A stretch of 64,000 bases of DNA from Lama glama (GCA_028534125.1 CM052816.1:67334001-67398000); one strand, 5' to 3'; positions 36,901 to 50,275 are shown, numbered from the stretch's first letter. Made by a program: numbers and translations. The notes: generated by a model from the letters alone, not told the origin.

Positions 36901-38739
36901 TCAGATGACAGGTGTCACTTATTAGTCTCATTCTTCAGCGGATGTTTGTCTCACTCCTGGCATGTTTTGGGGGAAAAGAGACAGACAGCTTTGGGTCTCC
37001 ATGTAACTCATGGACCCTTCTGGAGCTCACAGTGAACTCCATGGCCTCAACCGAGATGCAAATAGGACCTAAACTCACTTTTAGATACTACTGGTTCACC
37101 CTCTTCTTCCTGCTAAAGGCAGTTCTCAGAAATGAGCAGAGAAAACTAGCTACAAAAGGGAGGGTAGGCCTCTATGAAAGGACTGTGATGTTACACCCTA
37201 AAAAGCTCATACAAAGGCAGTTGCTTATTGTAGAGGCCATTTTAACTTTAATTCATGACCTGAAGCATCGTGCCTACTGAAGGTGCCAGATGTGGACCCC
37301 AAAAACACTCCAAGTGTTGCAGTGTCTGAAGGCCTGTGCACATTAGAACAGACCGGAACTTTTCAAGTGAATCAGGAAAGGTAATGTAAAACCTGAAACT
37401 GTAATCACTCCCCTGAAAATTTTCTTGTCAATTACCCTGAACTTCACTTCTTTGTTCTTTAAAAAAATGAAGAGTCCAACCTCTCATGAAAGTGATGACC
37501 AGAAATGGTCTTTTAGACGCCTTCTTTTCTTCAGAAATTTAAGAAATTTTCTTCCCATCTACATATAGCTATAGATTTTGGATTGGTAATATAATGAAAT
37601 TTATTGAAATTATTATTATAATGAAAGCAGTTCTATCAGAGATGAAAATGATTTTCCTCAGATTTATTTAATGGGTTTTCAACTAAACTAGTAATACAAA
37701 TTTTAAAACTTGGAGACTTTTGAAAATTTGAAAGAGACATTTTCATTTAAGAGGTGGGTTTTGAGCTCTAATTTGTTTTCATTGTTCTGTTTTGAGTCAT
37801 TGCTTAAGGGCAGTGTGTATTTTGCAAGTGCTGTGTCCCAAGTCTTACTTTCACTCTCCATTCACATTGATGCACGGCCACTGTTTCCCATGATGCTCTC
37901 TGGTTCAAGTGTTTAAAAGAATTAACAGTCATAGACACTAAATTAACATTAATATATGCTGCTAATAAATTAAATGAAAATGAGGTTCACTTGGCTGAAT
38001 TCATATTTAGTAAATATAATATTAATATCTTAAGGATATTTATTTTAATCCAATCAGGCACAAAATGTATTGACTAGCTCTATGTTCTGGGCCTGGGGTT
38101 GGATACAGTACCCCACAGGCTAGTGAGAAAGACAGACAAGCAAGCAAGCTTTGTACTATAATGATAAAAGCTATCATTGGCATAAGCTGTAAATCCTAAA
38201 AAAAACCCACTAAGTCCTCTAAAAAAAAAAATTTAAATCCCACAGAAGATTTGAGAAGAGGAATGGAGGACAGAGAAAGGTCAAGGAAGACTTCCATAGG
38301 TCAGTGACTCCTGAGTTGAGCTTTAGAAACAGGTCATCACAATGTAATAGTAACAACAGCACAACTGTGCGCCCAGCCTTGCACCTAGAACCTCTGCATG
38401 CATCATCTAGTTCTTCCAGACAGGCTCTCTACATTACAGACGAAGAAACTAAGTCTTACAAAGGGCAAGATTACGTAGCAAGCAAGTGGTTGTTACAAAC
38501 AATTTCAATGAATGAGCCAGAGAAACAAGAGTTGGGGCACATTCAGATTTTCCCTAACTCGTCCACCAAGACCAAGTGAATTGACCTCTCATTACTACAC
38601 ACTTTTAAAAAGGAAGAAGGTCAAGGAGAATAGGAAAGGAAATATATAAAATGCCTCATCACCACCATCCCTTCCCATATCATCTCATTCCCTGCACCTC
38701 ACCAGGGGCCCAGAATATTTTCAGTCTGAACGCCTTTTC

Positions 38740-39239
38740 NNNNNNNNNNNNNNNNNNNNNNNNNNNNNNNNNNNNNNNNNNNNNNNNNNNNNNNNNNNNN
38801 NNNNNNNNNNNNNNNNNNNNNNNNNNNNNNNNNNNNNNNNNNNNNNNNNNNNNNNNNNNNNNNNNNNNNNNNNNNNNNNNNNNNNNNNNNNNNNNNNNNN
38901 NNNNNNNNNNNNNNNNNNNNNNNNNNNNNNNNNNNNNNNNNNNNNNNNNNNNNNNNNNNNNNNNNNNNNNNNNNNNNNNNNNNNNNNNNNNNNNNNNNNN
39001 NNNNNNNNNNNNNNNNNNNNNNNNNNNNNNNNNNNNNNNNNNNNNNNNNNNNNNNNNNNNNNNNNNNNNNNNNNNNNNNNNNNNNNNNNNNNNNNNNNNN
39101 NNNNNNNNNNNNNNNNNNNNNNNNNNNNNNNNNNNNNNNNNNNNNNNNNNNNNNNNNNNNNNNNNNNNNNNNNNNNNNNNNNNNNNNNNNNNNNNNNNNN
39201 NNNNNNNNNNNNNNNNNNNNNNNNNNNNNNNNNNNNNNN
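38740..39239. other. Assembly gap (500 N)
   Basis: Run of exactly 500 n. Confidence 1.
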
Positions 39240-39679
39240 AGAACAGATATCTAGGAGGTCGGTCATGTTTTATTTATTCAGAACAAAACTTTCAAATCCA
39301 AAACGTAGTCAATCTCTTAACCTAAATTTTTTCAGAATGATTCTCACCCTACTTTTTCCAAAGGCAAAATAATAACAACATTCTTTAGGAATTTCCCCTA
39401 CACACACTGGTGAAAGTAGGATTTGAATCCAGCTCTGTTTGAATCTTGAGTTTTCCATCAAAATCCATTATAAAAGAGTTGTTTTTATAACATCCCAGCC
39501 ACCTTTTCATTTGCATATAAATTAGCCCGGTAACTTAATTCTTTTCTCACAGATTCTATTTCCCAAGACATCAATCACCTTGTATATCTGCTTCTGCTCC
39601 TTCACTGGATTCACAGGACTTGATGTGCACATCCCAGAATCATTAACAAACAAACAAATACAGACTCCCCAACATATTA

Positions 39680-40030
39680 AAGGATGGAAAAGCAAATTAT
39701 GTAAGAATCCATATTGTTATGTAAAACTTTTTCAGTGCAACACTAAATTATATATTGTTTATAGATAATATAGATGTAGAAACATATTTTTTAAAAAAAT
39801 CAATGGACTGATATACACACAATTCAAGATAATGGTTTTATGGGAGAAGGAAGAGTATGTGGGATGGAAAGAAGGTTTGGGGAGAGAGATTTACCTGGGA
39901 AGCATTAACATTCATCAGTAATGTTCCAGTTTTTAAGCTGAATGGTGAGTACAGCAGTGATATTTTGTTATTCTTTACATTAACAACATTAACTTATGTA
40001 TATGAAAAAATTCATAATTTGTCGAGCAAG
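39680..40030 (+). mobile_element. Ancient L1ME-like 3' fragment
   Basis: atatacacacaattcaagataatggtt; gtttttaagctgaatggtgagtaca. Confidence 0.55.
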
Positions 40031-41639
40031 CCAATAAGATGCCCACTTTAAGAAAAAGAGTATCAATATTCACCCTTTACATCAAAGGATGTTTATACAT
40101 TAAAGCCTACGTGCTATTATCTTAAAGTCATTTCTACCCATATAGACACCAGATAAAATCTCCCCAAAAGAAGCCACTGAGACTTTGAGCAGACAAGAGT
40201 GAAGGCTCTTATCACAACACAGCTGCTTTGACAACTGCTGAGATCACTACTGCAGGAAGACTGGCTGGTTATTCGCCCCAATTCCAAGGCATTAAAAGGA
40301 GAATATGAAATTTTAGAGGCTACCATCAACAGACAGGCCAAATGATACCCTTGATTTTTGATTTGTTTTAGTTTGTTTACTAGACTCACTCAGCAATCTG
40401 TAGCAGATTGTTCTGGGAACACAGCCATTATTTTATTCCATTTTTTGTTCTCTGGTTTTAATAAATTAATGAGGTGTTAATCAAATTTACACATGATAGA
40501 CTACAATGAATTCACAAGGTCTGAGGATCTGGACCAGCCCTGCCAATCTTTCCCCCCACATCCCCGCAGCTCTTCATGGCCCCTGAGTTTAGGGATTGTT
40601 TTCTGCCAATCATTGTAACCCCTCCAGGTGCATGTTTCCTACCCCTCCTAGAGTATACTGATGCGCCAAGTTACATTAAATCTATCACACATGCAAATAC
40701 TAAAGGAAATATTCTCTACCTGTTGGAGAGTAAGAGTGCTTCATTACAGACATCAATAATTTTGTCACCTGCACATAATGATTGTTACTAGCTTTACCAC
40801 AAATTTCTAAGGGAGAATGATACTTTTTTAAATTGGGGGTGGGAGAGGAATCAGAGAAAATCGAGAGTTCTGACCAAGAATCTTACATAAGAGGAAAGAT
40901 GAATTGGTTTTCATTATTCCATCCAGATCTAGAAAGCAGTGGACTTTCTTAATCATCCATGCAGAAAAAAGAAAAACAAAACAAAACAGATTCTGTCTTG
41001 GCTAAAGCAATGCAATCTGATCCTACTGGAGAGAGGGGCCCTCAAAGCAGTCCAATTTCTGATTGACAAACTCTTCCACCCTGAGAAAGATTGTTTCTCT
41101 CCTTGCCCCACAGCCCTCCCAAGGGACAGACTTCCTTCTTCACATTTGGAAATAACTTTCCCATCAAGTGTTCCCTCAATAATACAGTAAAATAATAAAA
41201 TTATTACCCTAATAACTTTTCTTATTGTTTGTATTTATATCAACACATACCTACTAACATCAAGACACGATGTCTTTTGGATTCTAAGATGTGAGCTTTA
41301 GAGATCAATTTTCATGGAAGAATTATCTGTCATAATTGATAACATCAAGAACTCATTTTTGAACACTGAGTTTCAAAATGATACAGGGATAAGAAAAAAC
41401 TCTGTCAAAAATTCAAAATTAACTTTTCATCTGCATCACAATGGCCCTTTATAAAGGCATGATCACAAAATAGGTGTCTACCCAATGAATCAGCCAAGAG
41501 GGATGTATTAACACGTGTTCATAGGAATCCTGTAAATATGATGCAGCAAACATGCAGAAAATCTGTAGGTGTTTTTCTGACCCTCACGGTACCTAGAAGG
41601 AGGAAAATCCATTTCCTATTTGATCCAAAATAGCAGAAT

Positions 41640-41860
41640 CTGAGAGCAGAAACATTGGACCTCACAACAGAAGACTCAAGATTGAACCCTTGGCTCTGCT
41701 GCTGTATGACTTGAGGCAACTTACTTGCCTGCTGTGAGTCCATTTCCCCATGTGAAACATGGAGAAAATAACCCTATGTGACAAGGTTGTTGGAGATTAA
41801 ATGAGATGATACATGCAGGGCCCTGGTTGGAAGTGGATGTTCAGTAGATGATAGTGTTGA
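41640..41860 (+). mobile_element. MIR SINE remnant
   Basis: gctgtatgacttgaggcaacttactt; catttccccatgtgaaacatggag; ggttgttggagattaaatgagatgatacatg. Confidence 0.75.
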
Positions 41861-42196
41861 CTATCGTCTCTGGGATTTGTTTGGCTTACTCTCCCAGCCC
41901 TTCAAACTCCAAGCTCATTTTCAAACTGCTCCCAAACCCACCTGTACTAGTCAGGACTCTTGCAATCACAAACAACAGATACCCAATGCAACCTAGCTTA
42001 AGCGAAAAGAGAATGTATGTATAGGCATTAAGAAACAGAATATATAAATGGACTAATGGCCAGACCATATGTAAAAAGGGAACTCAGATCCACACCTCTA
42101 TAACAACCAACCCAGGAAATCAAACCAAAGCCGCTGCAGCAATCAGCCCAACACATTCAAGACAAGGTCAGTAACTTCCAACTTCCCTAATTTTTT

Positions 42197-42805
42197 AAAA
42201 TTGAAGTACAGTCAGTTTACATCATTGTGTCAATTTCTGGTGTACAGCATAATGTTTCAGTCATACATATACATACATATATTCATTTTCATATTCTTTT
42301 TCATTATGGGTTACTACAAGATACTGAATATAGCTAGCTCCCTGTGCTGTACAGTAGGACCTTGTTGTTTATCTATTTTATATATAGTAGTTAGGACCTG
42401 CAAATCTCAAACTCCCAATTATCCTTTCCCACTTCCTTTCCCCACTAGTAACCATATATTTGTTTTCTATGTCTGTGAGTCTATTTCTGTTTTGTAAATA
42501 AGTCCAATTGTTGTTTTTTTTTTTTTAGATTCCACATATAAGTGATATTATATGGTATTTTTCTTTCTCTTTCTGGCTTACTTCACTTAGAATGACAATT
42601 CCAGGTCCATCCATGTTGCTGCAAATGGCATTATTTTATTCCTTTTATGGTGGAGTAGTATTCCATTGTATAAATATACCACAACTTCTTTATCCAGTCA
42701 TCTGTTGATGGACATTTGGGTTGTTTCCATGTCTTGGCTATTGTAAATAGTGCTGCTCTGAACATTGGGGTGCATGTATCTTTTTGAATTACATTTTTCT
42801 CTGGG

Positions 42806-42847
<42 letters not shown>

Positions 42848-43102
42848 GAGCCTATGATTGCTGGATCATATGGTAAGTCTATTTTTAGTTTTTTAAGGAA
42901 ATTTCATACTCTTTTCCATAGTGGCTGCACCAAACTACATTCCTACCAACAGTGTAGGAGGGGTCCCTTTTCTCCATACCCTCTCCAGCATTTATTGTTT
43001 GTGGACTTTTTAATGATGACCATTCTGACTGGTGTGAGGTAGTACCTTATTGTAGTTTTGATTTGCATTTCTCTGATAATTAGTGGCATTGAGCATTTTT
43101 TC
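42197..43102 (-). mobile_element. Young 5'-truncated L1, canonical 3' end
   Basis: aattgaagtacagtcagtttac...; ORF2 end; 8-bp TSD aatttttt (42189-42196, 43103-43110). Confidence 0.93.
42806..42847. repeat. (GATA)n microsatellite inside L1
   Basis: About 10 perfect GATA units. Confidence 0.97.
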
Positions 43103-43909
43103 AATTTTTTGTTTGTGCTTTCAACTTAGGACCAACCAGAGAAAATCAAATATGTTCCCCTAGCCAATCACGTAGGACGCCCTGCTTCTAGTTCGCCTGC
43201 CTGCAGTTTCTCCAGGCCAACAACCTCCAATTAGGGCACACCTAACCCTTTCCATTTTCCACTATAAAGCCTTCCCACTCCTCTGCCTACCTTTGACCCT
43301 CTGCCAGACACAAAGTGGTGGTAGCTGACTCCTTCGCCACAGCAAGCTCCGAATAAATCGAACAAATCGCCTTCTCTTGTTCTCACTTGGGTGGTCTTTG
43401 TCTCGCAGCTTAAATCCATGGGAGGGCGCATGGAGGGCATGGCTGCATCGGGCAGCTCAGATGATGTGCCCCTAACTCCTTCTCCCTCTGTTGCCTGCCT
43501 TAGCCTTCCTCTGGGTGCCAGCACACTTCTCCCCTTCTGGAGTTGGCCTTCTTCCACACAAGCAGGCAAAGTACCCGGCTTACGTGGTACAGCTCAGGAA
43601 CCAGAGCAGTAAAAGAACTTTCAATCCCAGCTTCTTTTGTTGGTAGTATCGTCAACCACCACTGTCACTGCAGCCAGCCGCCCCTCCTCCAGTCCGAAAC
43701 AGAGCTCCAGCTCCTGGTGAGCCTGCTCCCTCCCCAGCATCAACACCACCCGCCTTTCCCCTACAAACTGTCTCAGAGAAAGGCTCTGGTCAAGGTCACC
43801 AATGATCTCAACTTGTTCAAATCCAGGGGTCTTCTTATTTACGTGCCTTACATTATCCAAATTGACTGTCCGACTTACCCTAGGCAAGTACCACAACCAA
43901 CCCCACAGC

Positions 43910-44830
43910 TAATGAGCTTGCTTCTTACTTCACTAAGAAACTAAAAGCCGACAGTAGAAACCTGCCTCATTTTTCTATCAGTAACTTTCCCAACCTGGCT
44001 TCATTTGTGAGGTATACTCTGCCTTATCTCAAGGACAGAAGACCATCTGTCCCTGATCCTGCCCAAATCCAAACCCTCCACTTGACACTCATCCCATTCC
44101 TTTTCTATAGGATCATTCCCACCAACATATATGTATGCTGTAATATTTCCTTTATAAAAAGCAAAACAAATCAAAAACCTTCCCTGAACCCCACATGCCT
44201 CCTCCAACTATTCCTCCATTTATTTGTTCCCCCAAAAGATTACTGATGCTTTTCCTCTCTCCTCTTCTTCAGCCCACTCTCTCTTTCAGCCCACTCTAAT
44301 GCGGCTTTTAATCCCCACCTCCCCACTAAAACTACTCTGGTCAAAGCCGTGACCTTCACCTTGCCAAATCCAACATCAGTGCAGTCCTCAGTTTACACAA
44401 CCTCCAGCAATATTTATGCAGCTAATCCTTCCCTCTTTCTTCACTTTCTCCACCTTCGGTCCATAAAAATCATGCTTTCAAGGTTCTTCCTGGCTCAGAC
44501 CTTCTTTCTCCTCTCCCTTTACATTGTAGTGCTAGATGATGCCCCAGGACTCCTTGCTTGGTTCTCTCTCCAACTAATGGAGACTCACTGCCTAGGAGAG
44601 CTCACCCAGTCCTAGGTCATTACATGTCATCTACTCAGATGGCTTCAAACCTCTCCTCTCAGCTCTGAATCTGTACATCCAACTGCCTACTTATATATCC
44701 AGCTCTCTACTTAACATCTCCTTTTGGATGTGTGATAAAAGTCTTGAATGTGATGTGATCCTAACTGACCTTCTGACTGTCTACTTACTCTTAAACCAAG
44801 CTTCCCTCATTTCAGTTAATGACCCAGTGT
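43910..44830 (+). mobile_element. L2 LINE remnants
   Basis: ttgcttcttacttcactaagaaa; cccactaaaactactctggtcaaagccgtgacct; catccaactgcctactt...acatctccttttggatgt. Confidence 0.75.
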
Positions 44831-46289
44831 GGGTCACATGCCAAATCCCATGACCCATAGAGGAAGAGTTCTCCAGTGAAGAGAGTGTTACTGCAGAAGA
44901 GAGGTGGGAAAGCCTGCTGGACAAGGCAAAGCAATTGTTCCCACAGCTTACTGTGTAACCCAGCCCTCAACCACCCTTGCCACGCAGCAGAGGACTTTCA
45001 CTCTTACTGAGAAAATTAAGGTATTAATTTTCCCTCCACCTGCACTAATCTTCATCTCCTTTCCTCCAGTTCAAAGACAGCTCTGCACTTGTTCCCTTGG
45101 TCCTGTTCCTTCACCTTTCCTTCTTGGTGTTGTTCTATTGATAAGCAACTTTCCCTGCATTTTGGTCTTTTCCTCCCAACTGAGATCTTCCAATTTTTCT
45201 TAACATATAAAATTATTTTAATTCCTTGGGTATTAACATGGCACTGGGGGATGGAGAGGTGAACCAAACTTTGGTTAATTCACTCCAAGTCACTCTCAGA
45301 TAGCAGAGTCAGCCGTGGCCCCTGGCTTCCTGGCCCATCCTGTGGGAGCTCCAGCTGCAGGCCCCATGCTGATCTCCACAAGCCTGTCCTGGGGTTCCCA
45401 ATACCACACATCACCTCTCTGCCAAGGCTGGACCCTTGGTACACAGCATGTCAAGTGATGCAAATCAAAAACAATAACTGGAGTCTCAAAATAATTCACT
45501 AATCCTGCTTGAAGGTTCAGTCTGGAGTAGAATAGCTGAGAAATACTGTTCTAATTTTCTCATAAACTAGCTTACAAAATATATATATATAAACTCAATT
45601 TTGATTAATCTTATAATAAATATTACTGGCAGATATAATCAACTAAAAATAAGTGACAAAGTGAAAAATCAACATGGAAGACTTTTTAAAGAATTTTTTA
45701 ATAAACTTGATTGAAGAATTACTATTTTGTTGAAAACTAAAAATTGTCCTGTGAAAAAGAATCAAAAGCATATGAAACTAGCCACAACTAAAATTTCACA
45801 TGGTAAAATTTTAGGGATTAAATTTGACAGACAAATCAACAATTCTTGACTAAATTTGGATCCATAATATTTTAATTGGGCATATTGGGCTTGGTTGACA
45901 TAATGACCACAAAATAAAACAATGCAACAACTATACACTGGTAAACTGTCTTTGTGAATTTCCCATGAAAAAGAATTGCTCCAAAGGAAAGTAATTTTGG
46001 TAAAACAATAATGAAAATGGAAAACACTGGATTATTTTAACGCTTCTGAAGATAAAGTTGATTAAGGCATTGAATTGTTTTTGTGAAATTAGCTCCATAA
46101 AATATACTGTCATAAAATTTTACCAAAGTGGGGATAACACTATTTAAATTGTGACTAATATAGAGACTAGCACTTGGTAAATGCTTAATGATTGTCTAAC
46201 AAAAATGAATTCAGTAAGTCAACACATGAGGACAGGATTTTTCAAACTGAATGTACATCAAGCTTAAGGGTATTAGAGTATCCCACTTG

Positions 46290-46600
46290 TCTGCCACCTC
46301 ATGGTTGATAAATGCCTGCTGGAGTTGCAGACATCACATCTGTGTTCAAGGCAAGAATAAAACAGGGTGAGCAGTACCACTCGATGCTGTTCCTTTTATA
46401 GGGAAAGCAAAAGCATTCCAAGAAGTTGTCCCACAGACTCTCACATATGTCCCATTAGCTAGAACTGTATATAGAGCCAGCTCTACCAGCTAGGGCAACT
46501 GGTAGAGCAAACATCAGCTCTTCTTGCCTCTCTAGTGATAAGTGTAAGAGATAAAGGATTGGGAATTTGACCGTGGTTCAGCCAAACAACATCTACCATG
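46290..46600 (-). mobile_element. Degraded MaLR LTR (MLT1J-like)
   Basis: cctcatggttg...gttgcagacatcacatctgtgttcaaggc; gtcccattagctagaactg. Confidence 0.6.
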
Positions 46601-46644
46601 TTGTGATCCCCAGCAATTCCTCATCTACCTACTCTCTAAAGAAT

Positions 46645-46870
46645 AGCAACAACAGTAATAAAAATAGCTGCACACCCTTATATAGCATATTCTAAACGCT
46701 TCACACCTATGAGTTTATTTAATCTTCACAACTCTATGTAATTCTATTATCCCTATTTTATAGATGAAGAAACTGAGGCACAGATAGGGTAAACAGCTTA
46801 CCCAAAGTCACTCAACTAGCAAGTGACAGGGTCAAACTCACACAATTTGGCTTCATGCTCTTAACCCCAA
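46645..46870 (-). mobile_element. MIR SINE
   Basis: ctattttatagatgaagaaactgaggcacagatagggtaaacagcttacccaaagtcac. Confidence 0.85.
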
Positions 46871-47582
46871 TACTCGATAAATTCAAAAACAAACTAATGG
46901 TGATCGAGTCCCTAAGTGGCAGCTGTCCAACGCAGCTGTTATCAACCTTTATTGCATTGTAACAATGTCACCTAGTAAAACAGATCTTCAAATACCTACC
47001 TTTATCTTTCAACCTCTCTTTGAAATGTAGCCCCAGGATGGGGTAACATTTTAAATATGCATTAAAATTCAAAACTTGTCCTACTGCCTGGTTTATTTTG
47101 GGTCTGATTATCTTTCATTGCACACCTTGGCACATGAACCCCATCCAAACTGCAGGCATAACAGGAAAGTACTGCAAACGAGGTCCCAAGACAACAATAG
47201 GCATGTCCTTATTATAGACCTGTCTTCCAAAATTGGGGGTGTATCCAAATTCTCAGTAACACCAAGCCCCTAAGGTAGGTCCCTCTAACAACCAAGCCTA
47301 TTTATTCTAACTAGGATGTGTTCAGGAAGTTCAAACATCCAACATAACTTTTCCTTGGAGTTGCACATATGGCAATGAAAATAAAACAAGGCCAAATGAT
47401 AAAAATAAGATTTACCTCCTTCAGAGAGCCTAAAAAGTATTCTCTCTCCTAATCACAGCTAAGTGATGTTATTTCTGAATTATTTCTGTGTCATGGAAAT
47501 TTTAATATGAAGAACCAGGATTCATGCCATTACTTTCAATTGTTGACAAATCACTATACATTTTCAAATTTAAAATAGCTTT

Positions 47583-48512
47583 CTAATTATCAGAGAAATG
47601 AAAATCAAAACTACAATGAGGTAATTCCTCACACTGGTCAAAATGGCCATCATTAAAATGTCCACAAACCATAAATGCTGGAGAGGGTGTGGAGAAACGG
47701 GAACCCTCCTACACTGTTGGTAGGAATGTAAATTGGCACAGCCACTGTGGAAAACAGTATGAAGGGTCCTCAAAAATTAAAAATAAAACTACTATATGAC
47801 CCAGCAATCCCACTCCTGGGCATATATCTGGAGGAAACTCTAATTCAAAAAGATACATGCACCCCAATATTCATAGCAGCACTATTTACAATGGCCAAAA
47901 CATGGAAGCCACCTAGATGTCCATCAACAGATAAACGAATAAAGAAGATGTGGTATATAGAGAGAGTAGAATACTATTAAGCCATGAAAAAGAATGACGT
48001 AATGCCATTTGCAACAACATGGATGGACCTAGAGATTATTATACTAAGGGAAGTAAGTCAGACAGAGAAAGACAAATATCACATGATATCACTTATATGT
48101 GGAATCTAAAAAAATGATACACATGAACTTATTTACAAAACAGAAAGAGACTCACAGACGTAGAAAACAAACTAACAGTTACAAAACAGAAAGAGACTCA
48201 CAGACGTAGAAAACAAACAGAAAGAGACTCACAGACGTAGAAAACAAACTAACAGTTACCAAACTAACAGTTACCAAACAGAAAGGTGGGGGAGGGATAA
48301 ATTACGAGAATGGGATTAGCAGATACAAACTACTATACACAAAACAGATAAACAACAAGGACCTACTGTATAGCACAGGGAACTACATTCAATATCTTGT
48401 AATAACTTTTCATGAAAAAGAATATATATATATATATATATATATAACTGAATCATTATGCTATACATCAGAAACTAACACATTGTAAATCAATTAAACT
48501 TCAATTTAAAAA
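47583..48512 (+). mobile_element. Young 5'-truncated L1 with internal tandem duplication and (TA)n
   Basis: ORF2 end ([24 protein letters not shown]), canonical 3' UTR; (TA)n at 48422-48446. Confidence 0.95.
48135..48279 (+). repeat. Tandem triplication within the L1 3' UTR
   Basis: aaacagaaagagactcacagacgtagaaaacaaac three times, then a duplicated caaactaacagttac. Confidence 0.95.
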
Positions 48513-48599
48513 TTTTTGTTTTATCTTATAAAAGTTATATATATGTATGTATATATATATTCATTGTAGAAAATTTAACACACACAAAAAAGGCTCAAG

Positions 48600-49400
48600 G
48601 ATGAGATGAGGGGTGAGCTAAAGCCAGAGATACCATAAGGGCCAGAGTGTCCAGGGCCTGGTGGGCCATGCTATGGATTTGCTCCTTATCCAGAAAGCTA
48701 CAGGAAGGCACTGAAAGGGAGAGAAGTCACTAATGAACAAATACTCACCGAATGCCTACCATGAGTCAGGCACTCATCCACAGTGAAGAGAACAAAGTTC
48801 TCGCCTTCAGGGGGCCTACATGCCATGGGGAAGCCAAACAGCAAACAAAAAATATGCAATATAATGCCAAGTAATACACTTGTCAAGAATGTCAAGTGGA
48901 ATATATTAGAATAAATGACTAGGAAGTGATGGATGGTGCTATAATCAGTGTTCTAATTATTTTGTTCAACTTGGAGATAATATACTGGAGAGGGCAATTA
49001 TGGGATCAGGAAACCAGTTAGGAGAGTATTGAGGTGGCCCACATTATTAAAAAAAATTTTTAATAGCTTGAATTAGGGTGGTGACAGTGCACAAGAGAGA
49101 AATAGATGAGTTAAAGAGAAATGTACTAAGCACAATTTACTGGCCTTGGTGATAGATTCAGTACGAGGGTTAAAGAATAAGGGAGTATCAAGATGAAGGA
49201 TGACTGTCAGCTTTCTTGTTTTGTGCAGCTGGAGAGATGACAGTGTCCTTTACTGAGAAAAGGATCCTGGAAGAGGACAGCCTGGGAGGGGAAGGTGGCA
49301 AGCTTACCTTTGGGCAAGTGAGGACGGGGGCCCTTTGAGAGATCTAGACAAAGATGCTGAGTAGGCAGTTGGATAACAGGTGGAGTCATGTGTCCATGAA
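48600..49400 (-). mobile_element. L2 remnants
   Basis: gggcctggtgggccatgctatggatttg; atactcaccgaatgcctaccatg; gatgctgagtaggcagttggata. Confidence 0.7.
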
Positions 49401-49559
49401 CAGTACTCTGGCCAAGGGAGGCAATGTCTAAAAGGCAAGAATTGCCCTGCCCTGGGACTGGACTGAGTGATCCCCACCTGCAATGAGGCTCAAATCCAAG
49501 AATATGGCCCTGTATCCAGGGATGTTGGTAACGATGGTGATAAATGCTGTGGTTCCATA

Positions 49560-49790
49560 TTTAGTGTTAGTATTGTGACAGCTAAAATACCAAGTACCCA
49601 TTATGTGTCAGGCACATGGATTATCTTTTAGTCCTGCCAAAATCCTATAAGGTATGAACTATTATTCTCTCCATTTTACAAATGAGGAGCCTGAGTCTGA
49701 GAATTTAACCAGCCCAAGGTCACAGATGGTAAGCAACAGAGCCAGGACCCAACTAAACCTCCAGAGCTGAGCCTTTATGTACTGACAGCA
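49560..49790 (-). mobile_element. MIR SINE
   Basis: ctccattttacaaatgaggagcctgagtctgagaatttaaccagcccaaggtcacag. Confidence 0.8.
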
Positions 49791-50109
49791 ACCTGCTAGT
49801 GATAAACTCACAGGACATGCTGGTGGTCTAGGCAAGGGCAGAATGCAGCCCTGCACAGGGGGAGCTGCACCATATGAGTGAGGGGGCTGACGGTGAGGGG
49901 ACGCCAGAACCAGGAACCTAGCAACAGTGACAGCCTCAGGGGAGATGACTGGGACATTTGGGATGATTAAGGCCTTTTCATCTCTGCTACTATTATTTTG
50001 ACATAAATTCCTTCATTTTAACACACTTGGGGTAACGTAGTCTGGAGAAAAACCTGGAGATATGTGGGCAGAGCCTGATGATTAAGCTAAAATGAGTGTC
50101 GTCCCTAAA

Positions 50110-50275
50110 CCAGTGGTTATTAAATTTTTATATCCTTAAGACTCTATAGTTGTTAAAGTTTAGATGCTACAATCTCACCTCGTAGAGATTCAGCTTTAGT
50201 ACCTCTGAAGTCTGCATGTTAATAAGCTCCAGGTGATCTGGTCTGGATGGGACTCAGATCAAACCTTGAAAACTC
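50110..50275. mobile_element. MER5-like MITE remnant
   Basis: cagtggttattaaatttt...tctgcatgttaataagctccaggtgatctg. Confidence 0.55.

Larger units (their letters stand above)
42040..43405 (+). mobile_element. MER77-like solo LTR split by L1
   Basis: aatggccagaccatat...cttccctaattttt | caacttaggaccaaccagagaaaatcaaatatg...ccactataaagc...gcaagctccgaataaa. Confidence 0.8.
41943..43630 (-). mobile_element. MaLR LTR (MLT1K-like) host, split by MER77 (pieces 41943-42040 and 43410-43630)
   Basis: tgtactagtcaggactcttgcaatcacaaacaacagatacccaa...ctagcttaagc; continues gcatggctgcatcgggcagctcagatgatgt. Confidence 0.55.

Noticed and set aside
38651..39325. 224-aa and 181-aa ORFs
   Set aside because: Artefacts of translating through the N gap.
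48135..48279. CRISPR-like array of about 35-nt repeats
   Set aside because: No unique spacers, the unit is L1 3' UTR sequence, the context is mammalian and there are no cas genes.
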